Assembly (NCBI GenBank): GCA_964632885.1
Contig: CAZWDB010000004.1
Span: 11,892 to 75,891 of the forward strand
Length of the DNA: 64,000 nt
Origin: an uncultured Acidimicrobiales bacterium
GTDB lineage: Bacteria; Actinomycetota; Acidimicrobiia; Acidimicrobiales; CAZWDB01
Direction: 5' to 3'
A model generated the notes under the pieces. That model saw only the letters and a program-made list of their open reading frames with translations. It ran no database searches and was not told the DNA's origin. A program made the translations under genes and the position numbers. Position 1 is the stretch's first letter, and each line of letters starts with the position of its first letter. This document shows, piece by piece, positions 25,556-34,669 of this stretch.

Positions 25556-26284
25556 TCAGAGATGCTCCAGACGCCCGATGCCGGTCACTCGTGGGGGGCA
25601 CAGTTCGACCGGACGAATCTCGACCTCTCCCACGAGCACGTCACGGGGCATCTCGACGACGGCAACGACGACCGCGCCGACTGAGCGCGGCGCCATCTTC
25701 GCCATGCTGGTGTCGGCGTCACGGTTTCTGATGGCGCCAGCGTTGATGCACGTGACTCGAACGCCGAGCGATCGCGCCTCGAGCCTCGCGACGCCAGTGA
25801 GAGCATGGACCGCGGCCTTGGTAGCGCAATAAGCCGCTCCACCTTCGAACGGATGCGCTGCAGCATGACTGCCCATGACGACGAGATCGCCACTGACTTC
25901 TGCTAGGCGTGGCAGCGCGGCCTGCATCAAGGTCAGCGTTGCCGTGAGGTTCGTTTCAACCGAGACTCGCCACGAGCCTTCGCTCATCGCAGTGATCGGG
26001 TCAAGCCGCCGAACAGCGGCGTTGATGACACAGGCCGACAATGGCTCATCGATCCCATCTACCGCCCGCCGCACCGCGTCCACGTCTCGAACATCGCACA
26101 AGATCTCGCCAAGCTCAGATCTTCCTGTGAGTGTTCGGTTAAGCGAGACCACGTCATATCCGGCGGCGAGGAACGCCTCGGCTATACCGCGGCCGGTACC
26201 GCGGTTCGTTCCCGAGATTAGGACTGCGCCGCGCCCGGGCCGGGATGCAGTCGCCGTGGTCACTGAGCTAGATCGCCCTGCCAC
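25556..26284 (-). CDS. Short-chain dehydrogenase/reductase (SDR)
   Basis: AVLISGTNRGTGRGIAEAF (cofactor loop) and AAYCATKAAV (YxxxK). An alternative GTG at 26263 would form a GTGA overlap with the upstream stop. Confidence 0.85.
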   Translation of the reverse strand: MAGRSSSVTTATASRPGRGAVLISGTNRGTGRGIAEAFLAAGYDVVSLNRTLTGRSELGEILCDVRDVDAVRRAVDGIDEPLSACVINAAVRRLDPITAMSEGSWRVSVETNLTATLTLMQAALPRLAEVSGDLVVMGSHAAAHPFEGGAAYCATKAAVHALTGVARLEARSLGVRVTCINAGAIRNRDADTSMAKMAPRSVGAVVVAVVEMPRDVLVGEVEIRPVELCPPRVTGIGRLEHL

Positions 26285-27462
26285 TCTGGCTGCGAAGCAG
26301 ACCGAAACTCCGTCCGTCTCCCCTTGGAAGCTCTCCGCTGAGGGCCGAATAGATGCGGCAAGACGTCGCTGCGTCTATCCCTGCCAGAGTGCCGAGACTT
26401 CTTCGCCAGTAGCGCTACCGCCGCCTTCAACTTACGATCACCAATACCCACCCAGTTTTGAACGAACGCCAAGTTGTAGTAGTGAACATAAGTGTCATCG
26501 TACTTAACCGCCAGCTTCACCAAATCCGGATAGTCGATGTCTCCCTTACTACAGACCATGACAAGGTCTCCCAACAGCTTCCCAGGCGAGTGGTTCGGTC
26601 CAATCGTGTCCCAGGTGGCTAGCTCAGCATAGACTCGCATTGAGAGGAAATAGGTGGTCAGGGCACCGTCGAATACATCACAGTCAGGTGTGATTCGATC
26701 AGGTGGTTTGGTGACCCGTTTCAATAGATCCTTGGTCTCAAGATGTGGGATCCGGACGTTGAAGTGTGGTGTCGCTCTGATGAGCACCTCGACTCGATTG
26801 GCCCTGAGGCCGCGTCCTTGAAAGAAAGGGAAGGCGCGGAGGTGTTGCCGCACAAACCCTTGCGTCCTCGGCTTCATCTTTAGTTCGGCAGGCAAGCCGA
26901 ACGCAGCCAGCTCGTAGCCGAGCTGCTGCTCATTCGCAGCTATCTCAGCGGCAGTTACGCTTCGCAGCTTCCCGCGATACGTGCGGACATGTTGCGAGTA
27001 GCCGAGGCCGTCAAGGACAGCACAAGTCGCTCGGAGGTCCTTTCGTTGGACGAAGAAGTCGATGTCCTTCATTAGGGGCACAACATCGTCTGGGTAGCAT
27101 GTGGACGCGAGGTGTATGCCCTTGAACAGCACGGGCGATACGCGCTCCTCGCGCAGACGCCGCGCGAGAACGTTCCAGGCAGAAACCTGGCACTCGTATG
27201 CGGCCACTGCGGCAAGATGCCAAAGCTGAAAGGGTGAACGTCGAGAGCGGATCCGTGAGTCGTCGAGATAGGCCTTCCGGACGAGGTGCACAATTCGCAG
27301 CTTGAATGCGGCCTCGAAGAGCGCCTCTGTTGTAACGCTCCTTAGAGTTGGCTGAAGGAGCCGTCGGTGCGACTCCCAATCGGCGCCGAACTGACGAAGC
27401 GCGCTGAGAGCGAGGTAGTCGGCAGGCGAGACGCTGACAACTTCGACGTGGTCGGCCACCAC
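26260..27462 (-). CDS. Uncharacterised nucleotidyltransferase (NTP_transf_5/PF14907-like)
   Basis: VLFKGIHLASTCYPDDVVPLMKDIDFFVQRKDLRATCAVLDGLGY matches the family core as I remember it. This is the most A/T-rich gene of the window by eye. Confidence 0.65.
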   Translation of the reverse strand: MVADHVEVVSVSPADYLALSALRQFGADWESHRRLLQPTLRSVTTEALFEAAFKLRIVHLVRKAYLDDSRIRSRRSPFQLWHLAAVAAYECQVSAWNVLARRLREERVSPVLFKGIHLASTCYPDDVVPLMKDIDFFVQRKDLRATCAVLDGLGYSQHVRTYRGKLRSVTAAEIAANEQQLGYELAAFGLPAELKMKPRTQGFVRQHLRAFPFFQGRGLRANRVEVLIRATPHFNVRIPHLETKDLLKRVTKPPDRITPDCDVFDGALTTYFLSMRVYAELATWDTIGPNHSPGKLLGDLVMVCSKGDIDYPDLVKLAVKYDDTYVHYYNLAFVQNWVGIGDRKLKAAVALLAKKSRHSGRDRRSDVLPHLFGPQRRASKGRRTEFRSASQPEWQGDLAQ

Positions 27463-27503
27463 CGGTCAGATCACCACCCAGTCTGCGACTCGGCTGAACC
27501 GCT

Positions 27504-28430
27504 TCACCGCGGACTCAGGTTCTTGATCTCCACCTCGACGACCGATGTGGACTCGCTGTCGCCGTTCGAGGTCGTGCGGTTTACCGACTTCACCACGAGG
27601 CCGTGCCGGGGGGAGAAGAATGCAGTCGTCTCGTGCCGCATGCGGTCGGAGGTGCTGAAGGCAAACTCTTCGACACTCTCAAGCTTCCACGTGTCGATGG
27701 CTTCGCCCCCTACCGTGACGCGGTCGACGCCGACGACCTCAAAGTCCCCCTTCCGGTCGATCGTCATCGGCTCGCCACCGAAGGTGGCAGTGCAACTCGC
27801 CGCGTACGACCACTCGGCACCAATGTCGAGCGGTAGTGCGAGTTCCTTGACAGCGGTGTCCCAGTCACAGCGCTGCTTCACTGGGCCTGTTACGTAGGTC
27901 GTCGCGGTGACGTACGCGCCGTCCCGTCGCCAGGTCACCTCGTTCGTCGCGGATCCTCCACCACTGCCGTGCTTGACAAGCTGGCTGTGGTCGCCGTCGG
28001 TTGTCCCGTCGTCGACCACGACCGTTCGCCGCTCACCGCTGTCCGACTCCGCGCCGTCCTGGCGGGACCAGGAATAGACATACGTCCCAGGTAGCGGCGG
28101 GCTGGTCGTGGCGAGCTGGCGCTGTGCCGCCGGTTCGCCTCGCGCTTTGTCCCCGACGTCGGTTGTTTGCCCTGTGGTTGTCTCGTCGTTGCTGTGTTCA
28201 GCGGGTGCCTCGTTGCCGTCCGCGGGCCCAGACTCGCGGCCCGACTCCACGGGCGCCGACCCGTCACCACCGGCCGTAGGCGTCGGCGCGGTGGGGGTCA
28301 CCGAGGCACCTCCATCACGAGCGCCGGTTGCGACCGCGGCGGCGACGCCGCTGACGAGCAGCGCGACGGTCACCACGGCGACCAAAAGGCGCAGTCGTGG
28401 TGTATCGGAGGGCATGGCTGATCGAGTCAT
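27504..28430 (-). CDS. N-terminally membrane-anchored extracytoplasmic hypothetical protein
   Basis: MTRSAMPSDTPRLRLLVAVVTVALLVSGVAAAVA anchor, then a low-complexity linker. The start forms an ATGA overlap with the upstream NHL gene stop. Confidence 0.7.
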   Translation of the reverse strand: MTRSAMPSDTPRLRLLVAVVTVALLVSGVAAAVATGARDGGASVTPTAPTPTAGGDGSAPVESGRESGPADGNEAPAEHSNDETTTGQTTDVGDKARGEPAAQRQLATTSPPLPGTYVYSWSRQDGAESDSGERRTVVVDDGTTDGDHSQLVKHGSGGGSATNEVTWRRDGAYVTATTYVTGPVKQRCDWDTAVKELALPLDIGAEWSYAASCTATFGGEPMTIDRKGDFEVVGVDRVTVGGEAIDTWKLESVEEFAFSTSDRMRHETTAFFSPRHGLVVKSVNRTTSNGDSESTSVVEVEIKNLSPR

Positions 28431-31400
28431 GGCACGTTGAGTACGGATACAGAACGGATCGGGTACGGCGGAGGCTCGGCGCCGAGCGAGCCGTGGAACG
28501 GGGCGCTGCCGAACGAGAAGATCCCGCCGTCGGTCGCGACCATCAGGTAGCCGGCGGAGCCGAAGGCGACCATGCGCGTGACCGGCTGGTTCAGCGGCTG
28601 GCCCCCCATCGACCCGTGGAACGGCGCCTCGAAGGCGAAGATGCCGCCATCCGACGCGACCAGCCAGTACCCGGTCCCGTCCGGGTCAGCCGTGAGCGAC
28701 TGCACCGGTTGATTGAGGGGCTTCCCGCCCATCGAGCCGTGGAAGGCGGCGTCGCCGAAGGAGAAGACGCCGCCGTCGGACGCAACCATGTAGTAGCCCT
28801 GACCCGACGGGGTCGCCACGGAGTCGAGGACAGGCCCGTTCAGGGTCGTCCCGGACATGTCGCCGAAGTCGGCCGCGTCGCCGAAGACCGCGACCCGCCC
28901 CGCGGTGCTGAAGAGCCAGTAGCCGTTGCCCGACGGCGTCGCCGACATCGAGGTCACCTGCTCACCGGCTTGTACTCCCCCGTTGAGCCCACCGTGATAG
29001 CCGGCGTCGCCGAACGTGTAGACGTAGCCCGCTTCGTCGAGGACCCAGTAGCCGTTGCCCGTCGGCGTGGCCTCGATGTCGACGGCCGAGCCAACGGGCG
29101 TCGCGTTGCCCGCATGCAGCGCATCGCCGAAGGCGTGCACCGCGCCCGGCTCGCCCAGCATCCAGTAGCCGGAGCGAGACCCCGACCCCCCGCCGCCCGA
29201 CGGTGACGACGGAGAGTCAGGGGATCCTTGCGGGGTCACTGCGTTCGAGGGCGCTGACGGCTCGCTCGGGCCTGCCTCGTTCGACGCGCGGACCGTGAAG
29301 GTGTAGCTCGTGCCGTTGGTCAGCCCGGTGACCGTCGCGAACGTCGCGCTCGCGCCGGCGGTGGCCGTCTTGCCTCCTGGGCTCGCGGTGACCTCGTACG
29401 ACGTGATCGCCGCCCCGCCGTCGCTCGCCGGTTCGGACCACGAGACCGTCGCCTCTCCGTCGCCTGCATTCGCGCTCACGCCGGTGGGCGCGCCGGGAAC
29501 GGTGCGCGGCGTCACCGGGCCGGTCGACGCGGCGTCACCCTCGCCAACCTCGTTGGCGGCGGTGACCCCGAAGGTGTACTCGGTGCCGTTCGTGAGACCG
29601 GTGACGGTCGCGGCGCCACTTCCGTCGGTCACCGTCGCCACCGGCTCCTCGCCGCCGTCCTGGTAGACGCGGTAGGTGTCGACGGGTGCGCCGCCGTCGT
29701 CGAGCGGCGGTGACCAGGTCACGGTCACTTCGCCATCGGCCGGCTCGCCCGAGACTGCAGTGGGCGGCCCGGGAGCGGTCGCTGGTGGTGGCCCGACGCG
29801 CCGGACGCGCTGGTTGAACCTGTCCGCGACGTAGAGCACGCCGTCGGCCGTCACGGCGGCGATGTGGGGCCCATCGAGGTGGGCTGAGGTCGGCGGGCCG
29901 CCGTCGCCGTCGAAGCCGGCCACACCGCCCTCACCCGCAACGGTGGAGATGGTGCCGCTCTCATCCACCTGCCGCACGACGTAGTTGTGCGTGTCGGAGA
30001 TGTAGACGCCGCCCGGACCGGCTTCGACCCCGCGCGGCCACCTCAGCTTGGCCGATGTCGCCGGGCCGCCGTCGCCGGAGAAGCCGTCCTCGCCCGTCAT
30101 GCCGGCGAATGTCGTGACGGTGTCATCTTCGACCATCTGGATACGACTGTTGAGCGTGTCCGCGACATAGATCGCACCTTCGGCATCGACCGCTATGCCC
30201 CGCGGAGTGTCCAGTTGCCCAGCGCCGGAGCCCGACGCGTCCGTTCCCGTGACCCGCTCGGCCACGAGCGTGCCGACACGGATCACCGTGTGGTCGCCGG
30301 TGTTGGCTACCAGCAGACTCGCGTCCGCGTCGACCGCCACGTCACCGGGGTCGTCGAGCTCGGCGTTCGCGACGAGGACGGGGTCGGCCGACGACGGGCC
30401 ACAGTGCTTTCCGTCGCCGTCCGGTGGCTGGCCGGCGGCGACGGTGATGACGCCGTCGGCGTCGACCTTCCGGATGACGCAGTTGGCGCTGTCGGCGATG
30501 AACAGGTTGCCGTCGCCGTCGACGGCCAAGCCCATCGGCTTGTCGAGCTGCGCGCCGGTAGCCGGACCGCCGTCACCCGAGTACCCCGGCGCGCCCGTAC
30601 CGGCGACGGTCGTGATGACCCCCTCTGGGTCGATCTTGCGGACGACGTGCTTGCTCCAGTCGGAGACGTACACCGAGCCGTCAGCGGCGACCGCGGTCCC
30701 CCATGGGCTGTCGAGCTGGGCGCCGACAGCGGCCTCCCCGTCTCCGGAGTAGTAGACGGTCCCGTTGCCGGCATAGGTGGCGATGGTGGTGCCGGTGAGG
30801 GCGCGGACGCGGAAGTTGGCGGTGTCGGCGACGAGTACCTCGTCGTCCTGCGTCGCCACTCCGAAAGGAGCCGACAGCATCTGTGCCGTCGCGGTCCCCT
30901 CGCCGTCGTAGCCGCAGTGGACCGATGGATCGGGCACTTTGCCCGCGACCGTGGAGATGGGGTTCCCGAGCTCGCCTCCGGGCTCGACCTTCCGCACGAG
31001 GCAGTTGTCGGTGTCGGCGATGTAGAGGTTCCCGGTGCTGTCGGTCGTTACGGAGTGGGGAGAGTTGAGCTGAACCTCGGTGGCGTCTCCTTCTCCGGTG
31101 TAGCCGCACACCGAGCCGTCAGCTGCGATCCCCGCGTAGGTGGAGATGTCAAGGCTGCTGTCGACCTTGCGGACGCGGCAGTTGCCCTTGTCGGCGATGT
31201 AGAGGTTGTCACCGCGAAGGGCGACGCCGGTCGGCATGTGGAGACGGGCACTCGTTGCCGGGCCGCCGTTCTCCGCCGCCGAGTAACCCGCGGTCCCCGT
31301 CCCGGCGAAGGTGACCACCGCGTCCTCCGCCGGGACGAAGAGCCGGACGCGGTGGTTGCCGGAGTCGGCGATGTAGAGGTTGTCGCCCGCATCGACGGCC

Positions 31401-31951
31401 AGCCCGCTCGGCTGGTTGAACTTGGCGGAGGATGGCGAGCCGTTGGCGAAGTCGGCCTCTCCTGTCCCGGCGACGGTCGTGATCACGCCCGCGGCGTCGA
31501 CCATGCGGATCCGGTGGTTCAACGAGTCCGCGATGTAGAGGTTGCCCGCCGAGTCGACTGCGAGCCCGGGCAGCGGATCGGGTGCGGTGCCGGGCGGCGG
31601 GGATGGAGGTGCCTCGCCGCGGAAGGCGAGCGTCGCCTCCGTCGCCGGCCCGCCGTCACCGGAGAAACCGACCTCGCCGGTGCCGGCGAACACCTCCTCG
31701 GTCGGCGGGTCCGTACTCACGTCGATGCGCCGGAGCACGTTGAAGGTCGTGTCGGCGACGTAGACGAAGCCTCGCTCCTCGTCGACGGCGATCGCCGCGG
31801 GCGTCTGGCCGACGTTGGTGGCCTCGCCCGAGCCGAGGCCGCCGGCGTAGGTGGAGATGACGTCGCCGCTCGCGGCACGCGCCGGCACGATGACCGCGCC
31901 GAGGCCCACCAGCAGTGCCACGAGGCCGAGGATCCCGCCGGGGCGTCTCAT
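28427..31951 (-). CDS. Secreted NHL-repeat beta-propeller protein with two FN3 modules and a C-terminal six-repeat GYW module
   Basis: ORF trimmed to ATG 31951 (MRRPGGILGLVALLVGLGAVIVPARA), which forms an ATGA overlap with the M23 gene stop. There are many NHL-like units (GNLYIADSLNHRIRMVD, DNLYIADSGNHRVRLF, GNLYIADTDNCLVRKVE). Confidence 0.85.
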   Translation of the reverse strand: MRRPGGILGLVALLVGLGAVIVPARAASGDVISTYAGGLGSGEATNVGQTPAAIAVDEERGFVYVADTTFNVLRRIDVSTDPPTEEVFAGTGEVGFSGDGGPATEATLAFRGEAPPSPPPGTAPDPLPGLAVDSAGNLYIADSLNHRIRMVDAAGVITTVAGTGEADFANGSPSSAKFNQPSGLAVDAGDNLYIADSGNHRVRLFVPAEDAVVTFAGTGTAGYSAAENGGPATSARLHMPTGVALRGDNLYIADKGNCRVRKVDSSLDISTYAGIAADGSVCGYTGEGDATEVQLNSPHSVTTDSTGNLYIADTDNCLVRKVEPGGELGNPISTVAGKVPDPSVHCGYDGEGTATAQMLSAPFGVATQDDEVLVADTANFRVRALTGTTIATYAGNGTVYYSGDGEAAVGAQLDSPWGTAVAADGSVYVSDWSKHVVRKIDPEGVITTVAGTGAPGYSGDGGPATGAQLDKPMGLAVDGDGNLFIADSANCVIRKVDADGVITVAAGQPPDGDGKHCGPSSADPVLVANAELDDPGDVAVDADASLLVANTGDHTVIRVGTLVAERVTGTDASGSGAGQLDTPRGIAVDAEGAIYVADTLNSRIQMVEDDTVTTFAGMTGEDGFSGDGGPATSAKLRWPRGVEAGPGGVYISDTHNYVVRQVDESGTISTVAGEGGVAGFDGDGGPPTSAHLDGPHIAAVTADGVLYVADRFNQRVRRVGPPPATAPGPPTAVSGEPADGEVTVTWSPPLDDGGAPVDTYRVYQDGGEEPVATVTDGSGAATVTGLTNGTEYTFGVTAANEVGEGDAASTGPVTPRTVPGAPTGVSANAGDGEATVSWSEPASDGGAAITSYEVTASPGGKTATAGASATFATVTGLTNGTSYTFTVRASNEAGPSEPSAPSNAVTPQGSPDSPSSPSGGGGSGSRSGYWMLGEPGAVHAFGDALHAGNATPVGSAVDIEATPTGNGYWVLDEAGYVYTFGDAGYHGGLNGGVQAGEQVTSMSATPSGNGYWLFSTAGRVAVFGDAADFGDMSGTTLNGPVLDSVATPSGQGYYMVASDGGVFSFGDAAFHGSMGGKPLNQPVQSLTADPDGTGYWLVASDGGIFAFEAPFHGSMGGQPLNQPVTRMVAFGSAGYLMVATDGGIFSFGSAPFHGSLGAEPPPYPIRSVSVLNVP
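28430..29176 (-). repeat. C-terminal six-repeat GYW/SDGG-F-FG module (inverted paralog of 15236-15979)
   Basis: RSGYWMLGEPGAVHAFGD...[24 protein letters not shown]...[32 protein letters not shown]. Confidence 0.8.
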
Positions 31952-33267
31952 GCCTGGGTCACCCGCCGGCGGCGGGCGCGCCGGCGGCGCATCGTCCGCT
32001 TCCACGCCAGCCGCCCACCCGCCATGAACAACAGCACGCCGAAGGGCCCGGCCGCCACGGACGAGATCGGCTGCACAGGCCCCAGAGCGACAGTGGCGGG
32101 CGCTGTCGCCCCGCCGTTGGCTGGCTGGCCGTTGCCGGTCGTCTCGTCGCCCCCGTCCGCCACTTGGGTGCGGGACCCGACGGCGAGGCCGGCGGCTACC
32201 GAGCTGGGCGACGCCTGCACCGAGCGGGCGCTCGTCTCGGCCTCGACCAGCCAGCGGTCGAGGTAGGGCACGGGGTTGATGGCCTCGCCGCCGGCCCGGT
32301 AGATCCCGTAGTGAAGGTGGTCAGCGGTACTCTTCGCGTTGCCGGTCGAGCCGACGAAGCCGAGCACGTCGCCCCGCTTCACCCGGTCGCCCTTTTCGAG
32401 CCCGGGGGCGAACCCGTCGAGGTGGGCGTAGTAGAAGTAGGTGGCGGCTTTGGTGGTCAGGCGGAGGGCGTTGCCGCCGATGAGGCTGTCCTCGACCAGG
32501 CGGCTCACCTCACCGTCGGCCGACGCGATCACGGGAGTGCCACGCGGAGCGAAGATGTCGGTGCCCTCGTGGTAGTGGAGCGTCGGGCTCGTGCGGATCG
32601 CGCCCCAGTCGTCGGTGTAGTGGGCCGGCCCCGCGACGGGGAACGGTGCGAGGATCTTGGCGATGACCGTGGGCGGCAGGTCGAGGCCGGCGAGCAGGTC
32701 GAGCACGCCCGCAGTGGACCGGTCACCGTCTGGCAGCGCGAACGGCTGGTCGCCGGCAGTCAACGAGACCGCGCCTGCCGGCCGCGGCGGCACTGGCTCC
32801 AGCGCGGGCGCGTCGAGCTCGTGCACCGGTGGGAGCCCGTCAGCTTGCAGCTCGCCCGGCGCCGTCGGTTCCTGCCCGGCCGGTGGGAGCTCCGGGGGAC
32901 CGCTGGCGTTGCGGCTGGACGCGGCGATCGTCGAGGGCGTGGTCGACGGCGCCGTCGTGGTGGTCGTCGTCGATGCCGAGTGCGCCGTCGTGGTCGTCGT
33001 GGTCGTGCTCGTCGTCGTGGTCGTGCTCGTCGACGTCGTGCTCGTCGTTGTCGTGGTGGAGGAGGTGAGGTCGTCGACGGTGTCGGTGACGGTGTCGACC
33101 TCGTCTTCGAGCAGGGTGGTCGACGTCGTGGTAGTGGTGAGGAGCTCTTCGCCGAGGCCGCCGGCGGGGCTGGGCAGCATCCCGATGCTGACGCCCGCGA
33201 ACACTCCAGTCGCGACGAGCGCGCCGAGGATCCTGAGGGATCCTCTTCGGGTCGGGCGGGTGGGCAT
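31948..33267 (-). CDS. M23-family metallopeptidase with Thr-rich linker and C-terminal membrane anchor
   Basis: HYHEGTDIFAPRGTPV and TADHLHYGIY (M23 HxxxD / HxH). The C-terminal hydrophobic stretch GPFGVLLFMAGG is followed by an RRRRARRRR tail. ATG 33267 has an AGGAG 8 nt upstream; the track start is 33276. Confidence 0.85.
   Translation of the reverse strand: MPTRPTRRGSLRILGALVATGVFAGVSIGMLPSPAGGLGEELLTTTTTSTTLLEDEVDTVTDTVDDLTSSTTTTTSTTSTSTTTTTSTTTTTTTAHSASTTTTTTAPSTTPSTIAASSRNASGPPELPPAGQEPTAPGELQADGLPPVHELDAPALEPVPPRPAGAVSLTAGDQPFALPDGDRSTAGVLDLLAGLDLPPTVIAKILAPFPVAGPAHYTDDWGAIRTSPTLHYHEGTDIFAPRGTPVIASADGEVSRLVEDSLIGGNALRLTTKAATYFYYAHLDGFAPGLEKGDRVKRGDVLGFVGSTGNAKSTADHLHYGIYRAGGEAINPVPYLDRWLVEAETSARSVQASPSSVAAGLAVGSRTQVADGGDETTGNGQPANGGATAPATVALGPVQPISSVAAGPFGVLLFMAGGRLAWKRTMRRRRARRRRVTQA
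32929..33138 (-). repeat. Thr/Ser-rich low-complexity coding repeat
   Basis: It encodes TTTTTSTT...TSSTTTTTSTTSTSTTTTTSTTTTTTT...STTTTTT. The DNA consists of reiterated gtcgtc/gtggtc units. Confidence 0.7.
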
Positions 33268-33278
33268 CTGCATCACTC

Positions 33279-33869
33279 CTAGTCGGTTGGGCGGAGTCGG
33301 GTGTCGTGGCGTTCGAGGATGGCCTCGGCGCGGTCGTAGAGCTCGTCGGCGGCGGTGCCGAGGGCGGCTGCTAGGTCGATGAGCTCGTCACGGAGCTGGA
33401 CGTCGCCGACGTTGGCGGCGGCCTCGACGGCGCGGGCGGTGTTGACGTAGCCGTCGAGGGCCCCGACGTAGAGCCAGTGGGCGTCGGCGAGGAACTCGGG
33501 CGCGTCGAGAGCTTCGACCTCGGCGCGGAGCGACTCGATCTCGGTCGCCCAGCCCGATGCCATCGAAGCGAGCACGGTCGGGGCGTAGCGCTCGTTGCTC
33601 ACGTCCGCGAGGCCGGGCTTGAGACCGAGGGCGACGACCTGGCCGCCTTCTTTTACGAGGGGGTGGAGGTCCTCGCGGAAGGCGGCCAGGGCGGCGGCGT
33701 CACGGGCGGTCTCGTCGACAGCGGGCGTTCCGCCGCGGTCCATCAGGAGGGGGCGGCCGAGGCCGACGGCGGCCACTGCGGCGAGCGCTCCGAGAAGTGC
33801 CCATCGCAGCGACCACCGCCGTCCCGTCACCGGCAGGGTCGCCGCCCCGGCGGGGTAGGCGGCGCTCAT
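33279..33869 (-). CDS. N-terminally anchored hypothetical protein (196 aa)
   Basis: ORF 33279-34460 trimmed to ATG 33869, which forms an ATGA overlap with the LivF stop. MSAAYPAGAATLPVTGRRWSLRWALLGALAAVAAVGLG is followed by a helical domain. Confidence 0.65.
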   Translation of the reverse strand: MSAAYPAGAATLPVTGRRWSLRWALLGALAAVAAVGLGRPLLMDRGGTPAVDETARDAAALAAFREDLHPLVKEGGQVVALGLKPGLADVSNERYAPTVLASMASGWATEIESLRAEVEALDAPEFLADAHWLYVGALDGYVNTARAVEAAANVGDVQLRDELIDLAAALGTAADELYDRAEAILERHDTRLRPTD

Positions 33870-34669
33870 CCGATGGACCTCGTCGGCAACGTTGCTTTGC
33901 CGTTCGCTGAGCTGGTGCCGTTCGAGGGCCCGCCCGGCTCGCTGACCGCACCGCTGCCGGCGTCGGCGTCGCCGAGGTAGGCCGCCATGAGCTCCGGTGC
34001 GTCGAGGAGCTCGCGGCTCCTTCCCTCCATGGCGACCTCGCCCTTGACGAGCACGTAGGCGCGGTCGGTGTGCTCGAGGGCCATGTGCACGAACTGCTCC
34101 ACGAGCAGCACGCTCGTGCCTTCGGCGTGCACCTCTTCGAGGATCTCGAAGAGCTGGGCGACGATCTTGGGCGCGAGGCCGAGCGACAGCTCGTCGACCA
34201 CGAGGAGGCGGGGGCCCGACATCAGCGCCCGCGCGACGCCCAGCATCTGCTGCTCGCCCCCGGAGAGCGTGCCGGCGGCTTGGTTCGCCCGCTCCCGCAG
34301 GATGGGGAAGTGGTCCATGACGGTGTCCATGCGCGCCTTGAACTGGCGCTGCTTGCGGCGCGGCCAGTTGCCGAGGCGGAGGTTGTCCATCACCGACATG
34401 TCGGCGAACAGCTCGCGGCCCTCGGGGAGGTGGGCGATGCCGGCGTCGACGACCTTCCACGGCGACGCCCCGTCGATGCGCGTGCCGTCGAGGCGGATCT
34501 CGCCCTTGGTGGGCGCCAGCAGGCCAGAGACAGTGCGGAGCGTCGTGGTCTTGCCGGCGCCGTTGGCGCCCACGAGGGCGACCATCTCCCCTGCCTCGAC
34601 GTTGAGCGTCACGCCGCGCAGCGCCTGGATCGGCCCGTAGAAGACGTCGATGCCGTCGACTTCCAGCAT
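33866..34669 (-). CDS. livF: Branched-chain amino acid ABC transporter ATP-binding protein (LivF type)
   Basis: MLEVDGIDVFYGPIQALRGVTLNVEAGEMVALVGANGAGKTTTLRTVSG, LSGGEQQML and LLVVDELSLGL. Confidence 0.9.
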   Translation of the reverse strand: MLEVDGIDVFYGPIQALRGVTLNVEAGEMVALVGANGAGKTTTLRTVSGLLAPTKGEIRLDGTRIDGASPWKVVDAGIAHLPEGRELFADMSVMDNLRLGNWPRRKQRQFKARMDTVMDHFPILRERANQAAGTLSGGEQQMLGVARALMSGPRLLVVDELSLGLAPKIVAQLFEILEEVHAEGTSVLLVEQFVHMALEHTDRAYVLVKGEVAMEGRSRELLDAPELMAAYLGDADAGSGAVSEPGGPSNGTSSANGKATLPTRSIG

